A stretch of 64,000 nucleotides of DNA. Source: Spirochaetota bacterium (lineage in GTDB: Bacteria; Spirochaetota; UBA12135; COTS27; JAFLEE01). The notes beneath the pieces are model-generated. The model was given only the letters and a program-made list of their open reading frames with translations. It had not been told where the DNA came from and did not search any database. How positions within the stretch are numbered: position 1 is the stretch's first letter; each line of letters begins with the position of its first letter. Of the stretch, positions 6,841 to 17,209 are shown piece after piece. The DNA lies in NCBI GenBank assembly GCA_017302015.1, contig JAFLEE010000019.1, positions 2,551 through 66,550 on the forward strand, read 5' to 3'. Both the position numbers and the translations under genes were made by a program.

Positions 6841-7659
6841 ATGCCCCTCGCCAAGATCCTCGAAGCGCGGCAGGCCCCGGGCGTAATTTGGGATCGCCGC
6901 TCGAGGGGGATGGAGCGCTCCCACCGCCACGAGGAACTCGAGATGAACCTGGTGCGCGGCGGCCGGGCCACCTACCTCCTCGGCCGGGAGCGCATCGAAC
7001 TCGCCCCGAGGAGCCTCGTGTGGTTCTTCCCCGACGAAGAGCACCTGCTTGTCGAGACGACCCCCGATTTCCGCATGTGGCTCGGCATTTGGCAGCCCGA
7101 TTTCCCCGCGCTCCTCGCACGGGAGGGGGGGCCGGCGGCCCTCGCTGCGCGCCGCGGTTTAGTCCACCACCGCCGGCTTCCCGCCGTTTCCTTCGAGGGG
7201 CTATCCCAACTCTGCGAAGCCGTCTCTTCGTCAACCCCCGCGGCGGCCCAGGCTGCCCACCGGTTCCTGCTCCACCGCGCCTGGCAACTCTTTGGCGAGT
7301 CGCCCTCGGAGGCGGGCACCGACGTGCATCCCGCCGTCGCCCGGGCCGCCTCCATCCTCCAGGAGGAGCAGGATCTTTCCGTGGGCGAATTGGCCCGGCG
7401 CCTCGAGCTCACCCCGGACCATCTTGGGCGCCTGTTTCGCAAGCAACTCGGCCTTTCCCTCGGGGAGTACCGCACCCGCGAGCGCCTCCTTCGCGTGCGC
7501 GAACGGGTGAGCTTAGGCGGGGCGGATCTCACCGCCGCGGCCCTCGCCAGCGGATTCGGGAGCTATAGCGCTTTCTACCGGGCCTGGAAACGCGCCCACG
7601 GGGAATCCCCCCTCCAAGTCTTGGGGCGCCCCGTGGCCCCTCAGCCCGGCCCGAGGTAG
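6841..7659 (+). CDS. AraC-family transcriptional regulator (cupin sensor plus C-terminal HTH).
   Basis: C-terminal AraC HTH (LSVGELARRLELTPDHLGRLFRKQLGLSLGEYRTRERL). The listed ORF 6517..7659 carries a spurious N-terminal extension that overlaps the DUF420 gene. Confidence 0.75.
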   Translation: MPLAKILEARQAPGVIWDRRSRGMERSHRHEELEMNLVRGGRATYLLGRERIELAPRSLVWFFPDEEHLLVETTPDFRMWLGIWQPDFPALLAREGGPAALAARRGLVHHRRLPAVSFEGLSQLCEAVSSSTPAAAQAAHRFLLHRAWQLFGESPSEAGTDVHPAVARAASILQEEQDLSVGELARRLELTPDHLGRLFRKQLGLSLGEYRTRERLLRVRERVSLGGADLTAAALASGFGSYSAFYRAWKRAHGESPLQVLGRPVAPQPGPR

Positions 7660-8507
7660 CGATTGCGGAATGCGCCGGGCGTCTCTCCGGTGCGGCGCTT
7701 GAATTGGCGGAGGAAGGCGAAGACTTCCGGGTACCCCAGCCTTTCGGCGATGGCCGTGGCCGAGAGGCCCCGATCCATGAGGAGGAGCTTGGCCCGGTCC
7801 ATCTTTTCGGAGAGCCTGTAGTCCTTCGGGGAGAGCCCGGTGGCTTCCTTGAAGATCCTTCGGAATTTCTCGTAGGGCATGCCCGACGCCCGGGCGACGG
7901 CCTCCATCGAAAGCGGCTGGTCGAGTTTTGCGGCGAGGAGGGCGCGGGCCCTGTCGAGGACGAGGCCGTCGCCTCGGCGCCTGCTGGAAGCCTCGACCTC
8001 CCGTTCCACCATGCGGAAGATATCGAGGAGGGCGATGAGGCGCGCCGCATAGTGGCGGGCCCGGTGGAAAGCCGCACTCGCCTCGCGCAGGGCCGCGAAA
8101 AGCGGCGCGGGATCGGCGAGGCGGAAACTTCGGCGGGAGGGATCGAGGAGAGAAAACTCGACCAGAACCGCATAGATGGACGGGGGGGCCACGATGGCGA
8201 ACTCGCTATAGCCTCCGGCGCGATAATGGATGGAATGGCGCAACCCCGGCGCCCGCCACAGCAGCGTCCCGGGTTCGAGGGGGATGGATTCTCCCTGGGG
8301 CGTGGTGAAATCGGCCCCGCCCCGGGCCGTGAGGGAAAAGCGGAAATCCTGGTAGGCCACCCCCCGGGCCGCCGACGACAGGGCCCGGTGGGCCGGCACG
8401 CGCCAGGGTCCGAGGATGAGGATTTGGGTTCCCGAGCGCCCCGCGAGGAGCGACGAACGCAGGAATCCGAGGAGGGGATCGCTCGCGGGCATCCCCAAAT
8501 CTGCCAT
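7641..8507 (-). CDS. AraC-family transcriptional regulator.
   Basis: AraC HTH motifs (SMEAVARASGMPYEKFRRIFK; GLSATAIAERLGY...FRNRY). Divergent from the 8587 operon. Confidence 0.8.
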   Translation of the reverse strand: MADLGMPASDPLLGFLRSSLLAGRSGTQILILGPWRVPAHRALSSAARGVAYQDFRFSLTARGGADFTTPQGESIPLEPGTLLWRAPGLRHSIHYRAGGYSEFAIVAPPSIYAVLVEFSLLDPSRRSFRLADPAPLFAALREASAAFHRARHYAARLIALLDIFRMVEREVEASSRRRGDGLVLDRARALLAAKLDQPLSMEAVARASGMPYEKFRRIFKEATGLSPKDYRLSEKMDRAKLLLMDRGLSATAIAERLGYPEVFAFLRQFKRRTGETPGAFRNRYLGPG

Positions 8508-8586
8508 ACCCCCTCGTCTTTTGCCATAGGGCCCCCGCGGGCTCCGGCCTATAATTTAGGAAAAGACCGAGCCCCTTGGAGTCCCC

Positions 8587-9426
8587 GTGAAACGATCTCG
8601 ACTTAGATTGTGGACCTTGGCCCCAGCCGTTGCGATCCTCGCCTGGTGCACCGCCGCGCCTGTGACCCGGAGCCTCCCCCTGGATTTCGGCGCCTACTCC
8701 GTGAAGGTGGACGCCTTCGGCGTGGTGAAGGACGTTTCCGTGGACGGGCGGGTCTGGATCTCCCTCGTGCACCTCATCGATACCGGCAATTACGAGGGGC
8801 GGGTCGGGAACACCCGGGTTTGGCAGGGTGAGAAGGAGATCGAGGTGGCGGGGGGCGCCACGTCCCTGGAGCGGGTGGACGGGGGCCTTCGGCTGACCCG
8901 GTCCGCTCTCGTGGGGAACGCCCAGTACCCCGATTTCGTCGCCTACCGGGAAACCCTGGTCCTGGGAACCAACGGCCTCCTCGAGTTCGAATACCTGCTC
9001 ACGATGAGACAGGACGTGGTCTACCTCAGTTTCGCCTTCCCCCAGATCCGCGTTTCCCTCCCCATGCCCGCGCTCCTGGACCGCCCGATCCGCCTCGTCG
9101 ACAAGGACGAGATCCCGTCCCTCTTTACCTTCATCGACGATCCCAAGCAGATGAAGGGGACGCGCCTGCCCTGGGTGCAGGCCTTCGACCTTCTGGTGGC
9201 CCCGCTTCGCATCCTCTCCATCCGCTCCTCCTTCCCGACGATCTCCGTCAGCGATTCCCGCGCATGGGGCGGCAACGACTTCGACCTCCGCTCCAGCGGT
9301 CCGCTGCCCGAGTGGAAGGAGAAGTTCCCGGTGGTCCGGGGCGCCACCAAGAAGATCGACCTTTCGATCCAATTGCCCCTCGCCCGAGCGGCGGTCGTCC
9401 CCGCCCTCCAGGAGCCCGCCCCATGA
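8587..9426 (+). CDS. Hypothetical secreted protein (279 aa) with a signal peptide.
   Basis: N-terminal signal sequence. Stop codon overlaps the next gene's start (ATGA, 4-bp overlap). Confidence 0.55.
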   Translation: MKRSRLRLWTLAPAVAILAWCTAAPVTRSLPLDFGAYSVKVDAFGVVKDVSVDGRVWISLVHLIDTGNYEGRVGNTRVWQGEKEIEVAGGATSLERVDGGLRLTRSALVGNAQYPDFVAYRETLVLGTNGLLEFEYLLTMRQDVVYLSFAFPQIRVSLPMPALLDRPIRLVDKDEIPSLFTFIDDPKQMKGTRLPWVQAFDLLVAPLRILSIRSSFPTISVSDSRAWGGNDFDLRSSGPLPEWKEKFPVVRGATKKIDLSIQLPLARAAVVPALQEPAP

Positions 9427-12400
9427 AACCCTCGCGCAAGACCCTCGCCGCCCTCGCCCTTTTCGGAGGCATGCTCATGGCCGAGTTCACCCTGGAACCC
9501 CGGGAAAGTTACGTCCCCGCGAAAACTCGGATCCCGGGCTTCGAGGCCGCGCGCCGGCCGGAGGAAGGTTTCTTGTTCGCGCCCGTGCCCGATTCTTGGA
9601 AGGTCACCCCGCTCGACGGGCGTTGGCGGGTGCTCCTGGCGACCCACGAGGCCGCGGTCGATTACCTGGCCATCGACGAGCATTTCGGCCCGGTGAAGAT
9701 CGCCGACCTCTTCGCCCAGGGAGACGCCTACCCCGGCCTCATTTCGTTCCCGGTGCCCTGGTCCCTCTCCTTCCAGAAGCAGGCCGACGGCACGGTCAAG
9801 GAGTTTCGGGGCTTCGGCTATTACACCCGGGAATTCGAGGTGCCTGCCTTCGGGAAAGACCAGGCGCTCTTCCTCTGCTTCGAGGGCGCGGGGTGGCGCA
9901 CCGACGCCTGGGTAGACGGCCAATACCTCGGCTCCCACCAGGGCCCTTTCGCCTCCTTCGAGTTCGATCTGAGCAAGGCCGTGAAACCCGGGGCGAAGGC
10001 GCGCCTGGTGGTGAAGACCCTCCACACCCGCTACGGCCTCTCCTACCTGGGGGACCTCGATGTGGGGATCATCGCCCCGGTGCGGCTCATGGTGCGCGAC
10101 GCCCTCCACGCCAAGAACGTGCGCGTGAAGCCCGATTTCGCCAACGGGAGCCTGCAGGTGCGCTTCGTGGCGTCGAACCCGGCCCGCCTGCCCGCCGCCC
10201 CCGTCTCGGCGACGGTGGAAGGGCCCAGAGGCGAGCGGCTGGGGAGTTTCAAGGGGAACCTGCCCTTGGCCGGCGAGCCGATATTCTCCATCCCCCTGGC
10301 GAACCCGCAGCCTTGGTCCCCCGAGAACCCCGCCCTGCTCACCTTGAAACTCTACCTCGGGGGCCATCCCGCGGCGGTGGTGCGCTTCGGGTGGCGCAGC
10401 CTCGAGATCAAGGCCGGCGAAGACGGGCGCCAGCATTTCATGCTCAACGGGCAACGCCTTTATGCCCGGGGCTTCGAGTTCGATACCTGCTGGAATTTCC
10501 GCAAGGCCGCCCGTGCGCTGCCCATCGAGGAGGGCGGTTGGGGCTACAACCGCGCGGGGTGGCTGCGCGAGGCCCTGCTCGTGATGAAGTTCGCCAACGT
10601 GAACGTGCTGCGCCCCCATTCGATGAATAATTTCCATGGGGAGACCTTCTACCGTCTCTGCGACGAACTCGGCTTCCTGGTCAACCTCGACTGGAACGGG
10701 AGCCAATACCATTTCTCGCCCGTCCAGAAGGGCCAGCGCGGGCAGGACCACCGCATCGAGAGCCTGGAGAAGACGCTGCCGTCGTTCCGGGAGGTCCTCG
10801 CGCGCCTGCACAACCACCCCTCCCTCGGTTTCATCAGTTTCGGGAACGAACTCTACGACTGGGAACTCTCCCCGGGGCGGACCTACGACCCCGTGCTCAC
10901 CCAGTACTACGAGGCCCAGAAGGCCGGCGACCTGTGGAACCGCCCGGCCAGCGGGTCCTCCGGGCGCCCCGTGTACGCGGGCCGCGCCCCCGTGGATTTC
11001 GTCGACCACCACCAGTACATCGGCGTCTACTACGGGTCGTGGCAGGAGGTGCGGCGCTACCTGCGCGAGACGCGCTCGATGATCCAGGACCGCTTCGGGG
11101 CCGCGCTGCCCTTCGTGAACTACGAGACCGGCGACGTCGCCGATTTCCGAGTCCATGCGGCCAATTTCCTCGAATGGGCCCCCGATCTGCGCAAGGACGT
11201 TTTCGACAAGGCCCTCTTCATCCGCAATGTCCAGGACAAGAGCGATATCAAGGCCTGGGCGCGCCTGGCCTTCAATACCGGCGGCCTGCGGCCCTATCTC
11301 TGCGCGCTCCCCGAGTACCGCGCGCGCAAGAGCGACCTCATGGTGAAGCGCTACCTCGAACTCTTCCGCGTAAACCGAGACCTCACCGACGGGGTGTCCC
11401 TCAACACGATGTCGTTCACCCTGGCGAGCGTCGTCGACCCCGACTACCGAAGCGGGACGGGGGGGCCCCGCGTGCAGCCCTGGCCCGACGGCTCGGATCT
11501 CGTGCTCACCGACCCGGTCTACCGGTTCCGCGCGGCTTTCTCCCCGGTGCAGGCTTTCCTCGACCTGGAGCACGCCCACCCGATCGCAGGCCAGACGGTC
11601 AAGGCCTCCCTCGTGTTGGTGAACGATTCCGAGAAAGGGGCTTCGTTCGACCTCAGCCTGCAGTGGCGCGGCCCCGACGGCAAGGCCCGCGCCCCTTGGG
11701 TGAAGGGGGGCTTTTCGTTGGCCGCCGGCGCCCACCTAAGGCAAGCTTTCCCGATCGAAGTGCCCGCCGACCTCACGAGCGGCAAGCAGGTCCTGGAGGT
11801 CTACCTCTCCTCCGCCGGCGTGAAAATCTCGGAGAATTCCTACGACTTCTACATGCTCTCGCCCCGGGACCGCCGAACGCGCTTCCCCGCGAAGAAAGTG
11901 GCCGTCTACGACTTGGTGGCGAGCCGTTTCGCCGGATTCGGCATGGCCAGCACCAAGGGCATGCTCGAGCAATTGGGGATCCCCCACGACCTCATCACCA
12001 ATTTCGAACGCCTCGCGGAGTACCCGGTCCTCCTCATCGGGGCCAATTCCTTCGACGCCGGGCTCATGAAATCGGGCGAGGCCCTGCACCGCTGGCTATT
12101 GGCCGGCGGGCGCCTGGCGGTCTTCGAGCAGACCACGGGGTCGGCCGTGCCTTGGAGCCCTGAGGACCGCATCACCGTGCTCGGCAAAAGTTCCTTCGTC
12201 GAGCATTGGTACCCCAAGCACCCGCTTTTCCGGGGGATCGAGAACGAGATGGCCTGGGAATCCCCGGCGGGACGCAACGGCGCGCTCTTCGACACCTGCC
12301 TCGAACTAAATGATTCCTTCCTCTCCGTCGCCGCCGTGGCCCATTTCCAGGACGCCTCCTCGGCGGTGAAGGCCGTCATCACCGATCGCCGCCTGGGAAA

Positions 12401-13184
12401 GGGCGAGTACCTCCTCTCCATGATCGGCACCGCGGAGCGCTTCGGGAAGGACGGCACGATCACCCGGTACGTGGAAAACCTGCTCGATTACCTGCTGGGG
12501 GACGAGATCTCCCCGTACGCCGTGCCCGCGAAGAATACCGGTTTCCTCGCCCAGAAGGTCATCGCCCTGGCCAAGGAAGACGCCGAGTTCGTCGACCTGC
12601 GCGCCGCGGTGAACCGGGGATTCGCCGACGAGAAGGCCGCCGACGGGGAGGGCGGATGGACGGACTACGGCCGCGACAGCGATATGCGCGCCATCCCCCT
12701 GGGCGTGACGCCCTTAAGCGGCCTCGTCCCCTTCACCGTCATCGACCCCTCCCGCAACGGGGGGCGCTCGTGCCTGGTGCTGCGCGGGCCCACGCGGGAG
12801 GCGTTCCCGGCCGAGGGGCCGAAGATCGCGGTCGGCCGGAAATTCGAGAAGCTCTTCTTCCTCCACACGTTCATGTACGTGAAGGCGTCGGCGAACGAAC
12901 CGATCGTCGAATACCTCATGACCTACGACGACGGAAAAACCGAACGCTTCCCCGTGAAGAAGGGCGTGGACGGCGGGGATTGGTGGCAGGCGAAGGACCT
13001 CCCCAACGGCGCCACGGTCTACCGCGACGGCGACAAGGGGCTCTACGCCAGCGAATGGGTGAACCCGAACCCGAAAAAGGCCATCGCCAGCATCCAGGCC
13101 TTCGCCACCGGGAAGGCCATCCCGATCCTCATCGCCGTCACGGGCAAGAAGAAATTCGCCCAGACCATCGATAAGGAAGAGTAA
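9423..13184 (+). CDS. Large secreted multidomain glycoside hydrolase, family 2-like (1253 aa).
   Basis: N-terminal GH2 sugar-binding jelly-roll signature (FRGFGYYTREFEVP...LCFEGAGWRTDAWVDGQYLGSHQGPFASFEFDL) followed by beta-sandwich/TIM-like regions and an extra C-terminal domain. The true start is at ATG 9423 (MKPSRKTLAALALF signal peptide), not the listed 9264. Confidence 0.65.
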   Translation: MKPSRKTLAALALFGGMLMAEFTLEPRESYVPAKTRIPGFEAARRPEEGFLFAPVPDSWKVTPLDGRWRVLLATHEAAVDYLAIDEHFGPVKIADLFAQGDAYPGLISFPVPWSLSFQKQADGTVKEFRGFGYYTREFEVPAFGKDQALFLCFEGAGWRTDAWVDGQYLGSHQGPFASFEFDLSKAVKPGAKARLVVKTLHTRYGLSYLGDLDVGIIAPVRLMVRDALHAKNVRVKPDFANGSLQVRFVASNPARLPAAPVSATVEGPRGERLGSFKGNLPLAGEPIFSIPLANPQPWSPENPALLTLKLYLGGHPAAVVRFGWRSLEIKAGEDGRQHFMLNGQRLYARGFEFDTCWNFRKAARALPIEEGGWGYNRAGWLREALLVMKFANVNVLRPHSMNNFHGETFYRLCDELGFLVNLDWNGSQYHFSPVQKGQRGQDHRIESLEKTLPSFREVLARLHNHPSLGFISFGNELYDWELSPGRTYDPVLTQYYEAQKAGDLWNRPASGSSGRPVYAGRAPVDFVDHHQYIGVYYGSWQEVRRYLRETRSMIQDRFGAALPFVNYETGDVADFRVHAANFLEWAPDLRKDVFDKALFIRNVQDKSDIKAWARLAFNTGGLRPYLCALPEYRARKSDLMVKRYLELFRVNRDLTDGVSLNTMSFTLASVVDPDYRSGTGGPRVQPWPDGSDLVLTDPVYRFRAAFSPVQAFLDLEHAHPIAGQTVKASLVLVNDSEKGASFDLSLQWRGPDGKARAPWVKGGFSLAAGAHLRQAFPIEVPADLTSGKQVLEVYLSSAGVKISENSYDFYMLSPRDRRTRFPAKKVAVYDLVASRFAGFGMASTKGMLEQLGIPHDLITNFERLAEYPVLLIGANSFDAGLMKSGEALHRWLLAGGRLAVFEQTTGSAVPWSPEDRITVLGKSSFVEHWYPKHPLFRGIENEMAWESPAGRNGALFDTCLELNDSFLSVAAVAHFQDASSAVKAVITDRRLGKGEYLLSMIGTAERFGKDGTITRYVENLLDYLLGDEISPYAVPAKNTGFLAQKVIALAKEDAEFVDLRAAVNRGFADEKAADGEGGWTDYGRDSDMRAIPLGVTPLSGLVPFTVIDPSRNGGRSCLVLRGPTREAFPAEGPKIAVGRKFEKLFFLHTFMYVKASANEPIVEYLMTYDDGKTERFPVKKGVDGGDWWQAKDLPNGATVYRDGDKGLYASEWVNPNPKKAIASIQAFATGKAIPILIAVTGKKKFAQTIDKEE

Positions 13185-13283
13185 ACCGGGCGGGGCGAAG
13201 CCCGAGGTTGGCTGCGCCGGGTTCCCGGGCATCCCCGGGCGGGGAGGGGAGACCCCCCGCGAAAGGGCGCAGTATAATCTTCC

Positions 13284-14504
13284 ATGGAACATTTCATCCC
13301 CGTCGATAAAGCGCAGGTGCTGGCCCAGCTCCTGGCCGATCCCGCCTGGAAAAAGGGAGAAGCCGCGGCCTTCCGCGAACTTTTCGAGCTCCTCGAGCAT
13401 TTCTTCCATAATGAGGCCTACCGCCTCAACCGGGAACTCAAGAACCGCTACGCCCCCATCGATCCCGACCGCGACCTGCGCGACCTCTCGGGGCAGGCCG
13501 GGAGAACGGCGAAGGTCGATCCCGCCGGATTCCGGCGGTCCCTCGACCAGGTGCTCAAGGGGGGCAATTACCGCGTCGTCGGCGCGGCGGAATTGGACGC
13601 CGCCTTCGCCGCCTCCGATCTGGTGGGGCTCAAACTCTCCATCGACCTCGAGGATTACGACGAACTGCTCATCGCCGTGCGGGGGCACCGCACGGTGACG
13701 GAAACGGTGGGGCGCCTGTTCTTCCTCAAGAAGGAGATCGCGGTGGAACTCCACGAGCGGGTGCTCCTCTACGCCCGCTGGAAGCCCGCCGACTATTTCG
13801 CCGCCAAGAAGCGCCGGGGCCTCCCCTTCGTCCCCGGCACGGGGAACCTCAAACTCTTCAAGGACGTTCCGAAGAACGACCTCGAGACCATCCTCCCCAA
13901 CGCCGTGCCGCGCATGAACCTGCTCGACAAGATCCTCCTCTTCGGGCCGGGCATCGGCGGGGGCATCCCCATCCTCACGGCCAAGGTCGTCCCCGCGGTC
14001 CTCGGCCTCGCGCTGGCCTGGAAATCCGGGGAGGCGCTGCGGGGGCACAAACTCTACCAGGGGATGATGGAGGGGCTCCTCGCCCTGGGCGTGCTCTTCG
14101 GCTACCTGTTCCGCCAGTACAACGGCTACGTCGCCAAGAAGATCAAGTTCGCCAAGATGCTCACCGAGAGCCTCTACTTCAAGGCCCTGGGGAACAACGC
14201 CGGGGTCTTCCACGCGCTCCTCGACGCCGCCGAGGATGAGGAGCAGAAGGAGACCATCCTCGCCTATGCCTTCCTCCTGCGCGCCGAGCGCCCGCTGACG
14301 ATGAAGGAACTCGACGGGCGCATCGAGGCCTGGTTCGCCGCGCGCGGGGTGAACCTCGACTTCGAGGTGGACGACGCTTTGGCGAAACTCGCGCGCCTGG
14401 GGCTCGGGAAGAAACGCGGCGGGAAGTGGACCGTGCTCCCCCTGGAGAAGGCCAAGCGCCGGGTGGATTGGCTCTGGGATAACCTCTTCACGTTCAACCG
14501 GTGA
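13284..14504 (+). CDS. Hypothetical protein with a central hydrophobic region (possibly DUF3754-like).
   Basis: 406-aa ORF with good codon usage. Family guess only. Confidence 0.45.
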   Translation: MEHFIPVDKAQVLAQLLADPAWKKGEAAAFRELFELLEHFFHNEAYRLNRELKNRYAPIDPDRDLRDLSGQAGRTAKVDPAGFRRSLDQVLKGGNYRVVGAAELDAAFAASDLVGLKLSIDLEDYDELLIAVRGHRTVTETVGRLFFLKKEIAVELHERVLLYARWKPADYFAAKKRRGLPFVPGTGNLKLFKDVPKNDLETILPNAVPRMNLLDKILLFGPGIGGGIPILTAKVVPAVLGLALAWKSGEALRGHKLYQGMMEGLLALGVLFGYLFRQYNGYVAKKIKFAKMLTESLYFKALGNNAGVFHALLDAAEDEEQKETILAYAFLLRAERPLTMKELDGRIEAWFAARGVNLDFEVDDALAKLARLGLGKKRGGKWTVLPLEKAKRRVDWLWDNLFTFNR

Positions 14505-14646
14505 CAAAACGGGCCCGCCCTTCGGCTCGGTCGCCCCGAAACGCCCCGTGGACCCGCCCTTGCCGGGGGCCGATTCGGATGATTCACTGGGGCCATGCCC
14601 GCCGCGGTCCCCGGGTCGGGGCCCCAGCCGGCGGGGAGGATGCGAC

Positions 14647-15018
14647 ATGCCCTGGAAAGCCCGCCTCAACGGGGAACCGGTCTTCGTCGAACTCACCTAT
14701 TCGGGGATGGTCACGCCCCAGGATCTCCTCGAGGCCTTGGCGGCCGCGGGGAAACTCGCCCAGGAGGGCCGCACCCAGCGCTTCCTCGCCGATCTCACGA
14801 CCATGATTGGCGGGCACTCCATCGCCCACCTCTACGAACTCATCACCCTCCTCGAGGCCAACGGCGTCGACCGGGCGATGAAAGAGGCCATCGTGAGCCC
14901 GAACCTCGACGGCAACCAGGAGCAGATGCGCTTCTACGAGACCGCCTGCCTGAACCGGGGCTATCGCGTCCGCCTGTTCCGCGCCCGCGGGGAGGCGCTC
15001 GCCTGGCTCTTCGCCTGA
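14647..15018 (+). CDS. Hypothetical small protein (123 aa).
   Basis: ATG at 14647 (MPWKARLNGEPVFVE...). The upstream part of the listed ORF is P/R/G-rich and likely non-coding. Confidence 0.4.
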   Translation: MPWKARLNGEPVFVELTYSGMVTPQDLLEALAAAGKLAQEGRTQRFLADLTTMIGGHSIAHLYELITLLEANGVDRAMKEAIVSPNLDGNQEQMRFYETACLNRGYRVRLFRARGEALAWLFA

Positions 15019-15025
15019 GGGCCCC

Positions 15026-16969
15026 CTAGCCGCGCACCTTCTGGATGAGGAGGTCCACCACGGAGGGGTCGGCCAGGGTCGATACGTCGCCCAATTGGTC
15101 GGTCTCGCCCGCGGCGATCTTGCGCAAAAGGCGCCGCATGATCTTGCCCGAACGCGTCTTGGGCACCCCGGGCACGATGACGATGCGGTCGGGCACGGCG
15201 ATGGGCCCGATGTGGTGGCGCGCCTCGTTCTTGAGTTCCCCGATGAGTTCGGGGGTCTCCTCGTAGCCCTCCTTGAGGATGACGTAGGCGAAGATGCCCT
15301 GGCCCTTGATCTCGTGGGGGTAGCCCACCACGGCGGCCTCGGCGCAGCCCTCGTGGCTGACCAGCGCGCTCTCCACCTCGGCGGTGCCCATGCGGTGGCC
15401 CGAGACGTTGATGACGTCGTCGACGCGCCCCGTGATCCACCAATCGCCCTCTTCGTCGCGGCGGCAGCCGTCGCCGGTGAAATAATAGCCGGGGTAATGG
15501 CGGAAATACGTCTCGACGTAGCGCTGGTGGTCGCCCCAGATCGTGCGGGCCTGGCCGGGCCAGGAGCGTTTCAGGGCCAGGAGGCCGGTGACCCCGTTTC
15601 CCTCGATCTCGTGGCCGGTCTCGTCGAGCACCACGGGCTCGATACCGAAGAAGGGGCGGGTGGCCGAGCCGGGCTTCAGGTCGGTGACGCCGGGCATGGG
15701 GGAGATCATGATCCCCCCGGTCTCCGTCTGCCACCAGGTGTCGACGATGGGGCAGCGGCCCTCGCCCACCACGTCGTGGTACCAGCGCCAGGCCTCGGGG
15801 TTGATGGGCTCGCCCACCGAACCCAAAACGCGCAGCGACGAGCGGTCGTGCTTCTTCACCCACGCGTCGCCCTCGCGCATGATGGCGCGGATGGCCGTGG
15901 GGGAGGTGTAGAGGATGGAGATCTTGAGGCGCGAAACCATGTCCCAATAGCGCCCGGCGTCGGGGTAGGTGGGGATGCTCTCGAACATCACGGTGGTGGC
16001 GCCGTTGATGAGCGGCCCGTAGACCACGTAGGAGTGGCCGGTCACCCAGCCGATATCGGCGACGCAGGCGTAGATGTCCTCCTCCCGCACATCGAAGATC
16101 ATGCGGTGGGTGAGGGCGGCGTGGAGGAGGTAGCCCGCGGTGGCGTGCGCGACGCCCTTGGGCTTGCCGGTGGAGCCCGAGGTGTAGAGCAGGAACAGGA
16201 TGTCCTCGGAGTCCATCGCCTCGACGGGGGCGAAGGGGCGCTCGGATTTCACCAGTTCGTGCCACCAATGGTCGCGCCCGGCGATGAAGGGCACCGCGGC
16301 GCCCGTGCGCTGCACCAGGATGACGCGCTTGACGCAGGGGGCCTGGGCCACGGCCTCGTCGACGGTGTGCTTGAGGGGGATGTGCTTGCCGCCGCGCAGG
16401 CCCTCGTCGGCCGTGATCACCGTCTCGCAACTGGAATCGAGGATGCGGTCGCGCAAGGACTCGGCGGAGAAGCCGGCGAAGACCACGCTGTGGATGGCGC
16501 CGAGGCGGGCGCAGGCGAGCATGGCGATGGCCGCCTCGGGGATCATGGGCATGTAGATGGCCACGCGGTCGCCCTTGCGCACGCCCAGGCGCTTGAGGCC
16601 GTTGGTGAGTCGGCAGACCTCGGCGTGGAGCTCGCGGTAGCTGAGGCGGCGGTTATCGCCGGGGGTATCGCCCTCCCAGAGGATGGCGGTCTTGTCGCCC
16701 TTGGTGTGAAGGTGGCGGTCGAGGCAATTGGCGCTGGCGTTGAGCACCCCGCCGAGGAACCAGGCGATGCGCCCCTGGGCGAGGTCGCAATCCTCCACCG
16801 TGTGGAAATCGTGGATCCAGGAGAGGTTCCGGCGAGCCTCCTTTTCCCAGAACGCGTCGCCCTCCAGGAGGCTCATGCGGTAACGGGCGGCGTAATCTTC
16901 CTGGTCCTTCAGGTAATGATGGGGCTGGTTCTTCTCTTTGGACGGGTAGACGCTTCGGAGTTCGGCCAT
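15026..16969 (-). CDS. acs: Acetyl-CoA synthetase (AMP-forming).
   Basis: 647 aa. Conserved N-terminus (YKWSL-like [10 protein letters not shown]...), [15 protein letters not shown]-binding motif, and C-terminal [11 protein letters not shown]. Confidence 0.93.
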   Translation of the reverse strand: MAELRSVYPSKEKNQPHHYLKDQEDYAARYRMSLLEGDAFWEKEARRNLSWIHDFHTVEDCDLAQGRIAWFLGGVLNASANCLDRHLHTKGDKTAILWEGDTPGDNRRLSYRELHAEVCRLTNGLKRLGVRKGDRVAIYMPMIPEAAIAMLACARLGAIHSVVFAGFSAESLRDRILDSSCETVITADEGLRGGKHIPLKHTVDEAVAQAPCVKRVILVQRTGAAVPFIAGRDHWWHELVKSERPFAPVEAMDSEDILFLLYTSGSTGKPKGVAHATAGYLLHAALTHRMIFDVREEDIYACVADIGWVTGHSYVVYGPLINGATTVMFESIPTYPDAGRYWDMVSRLKISILYTSPTAIRAIMREGDAWVKKHDRSSLRVLGSVGEPINPEAWRWYHDVVGEGRCPIVDTWWQTETGGIMISPMPGVTDLKPGSATRPFFGIEPVVLDETGHEIEGNGVTGLLALKRSWPGQARTIWGDHQRYVETYFRHYPGYYFTGDGCRRDEEGDWWITGRVDDVINVSGHRMGTAEVESALVSHEGCAEAAVVGYPHEIKGQGIFAYVILKEGYEETPELIGELKNEARHHIGPIAVPDRIVIVPGVPKTRSGKIMRRLLRKIAAGETDQLGDVSTLADPSVVDLLIQKVRG

Positions 16970-17209
16970 GGATGCTCCTGTGAAAAAGGCCCTTTCGCGC
17001 CCTCATGGCGCGGGCGATTTTCGGGGGCTTCCCGGCCCCGCACAGAAGGGCGACTTCTGTGTATACAGGAAACAATCTAACCCGATAGCGGCCTTCCCGG
17101 TCAATCGAGGGGGAAAAGTGCCTTGGCCGTTATCGCGTTGAACTCGGAGGCGAATTGACGGGAATGGGGTGCGGGGCGCGGCCATCCCGCGATGTGGCTG
17201 GGAACGCTT

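Noticed and set aside
9021-11735. 904-aa ORF on the - strand
   Set aside because: Antisense shadow of the 9423..13184 gene. Low-complexity G/R/P/A composition and no motifs.
12714-14696. 660-aa ORF on the - strand
   Set aside because: Antisense to the real GH2-like and 13284 genes. The product is R/G/P/A-rich, which is typical of high-GC shadow ORFs.
15095-17080. 661-aa ORF on the + strand
   Set aside because: Antisense to the clearly identified acs gene. G/D/A/V-rich shadow ORF.
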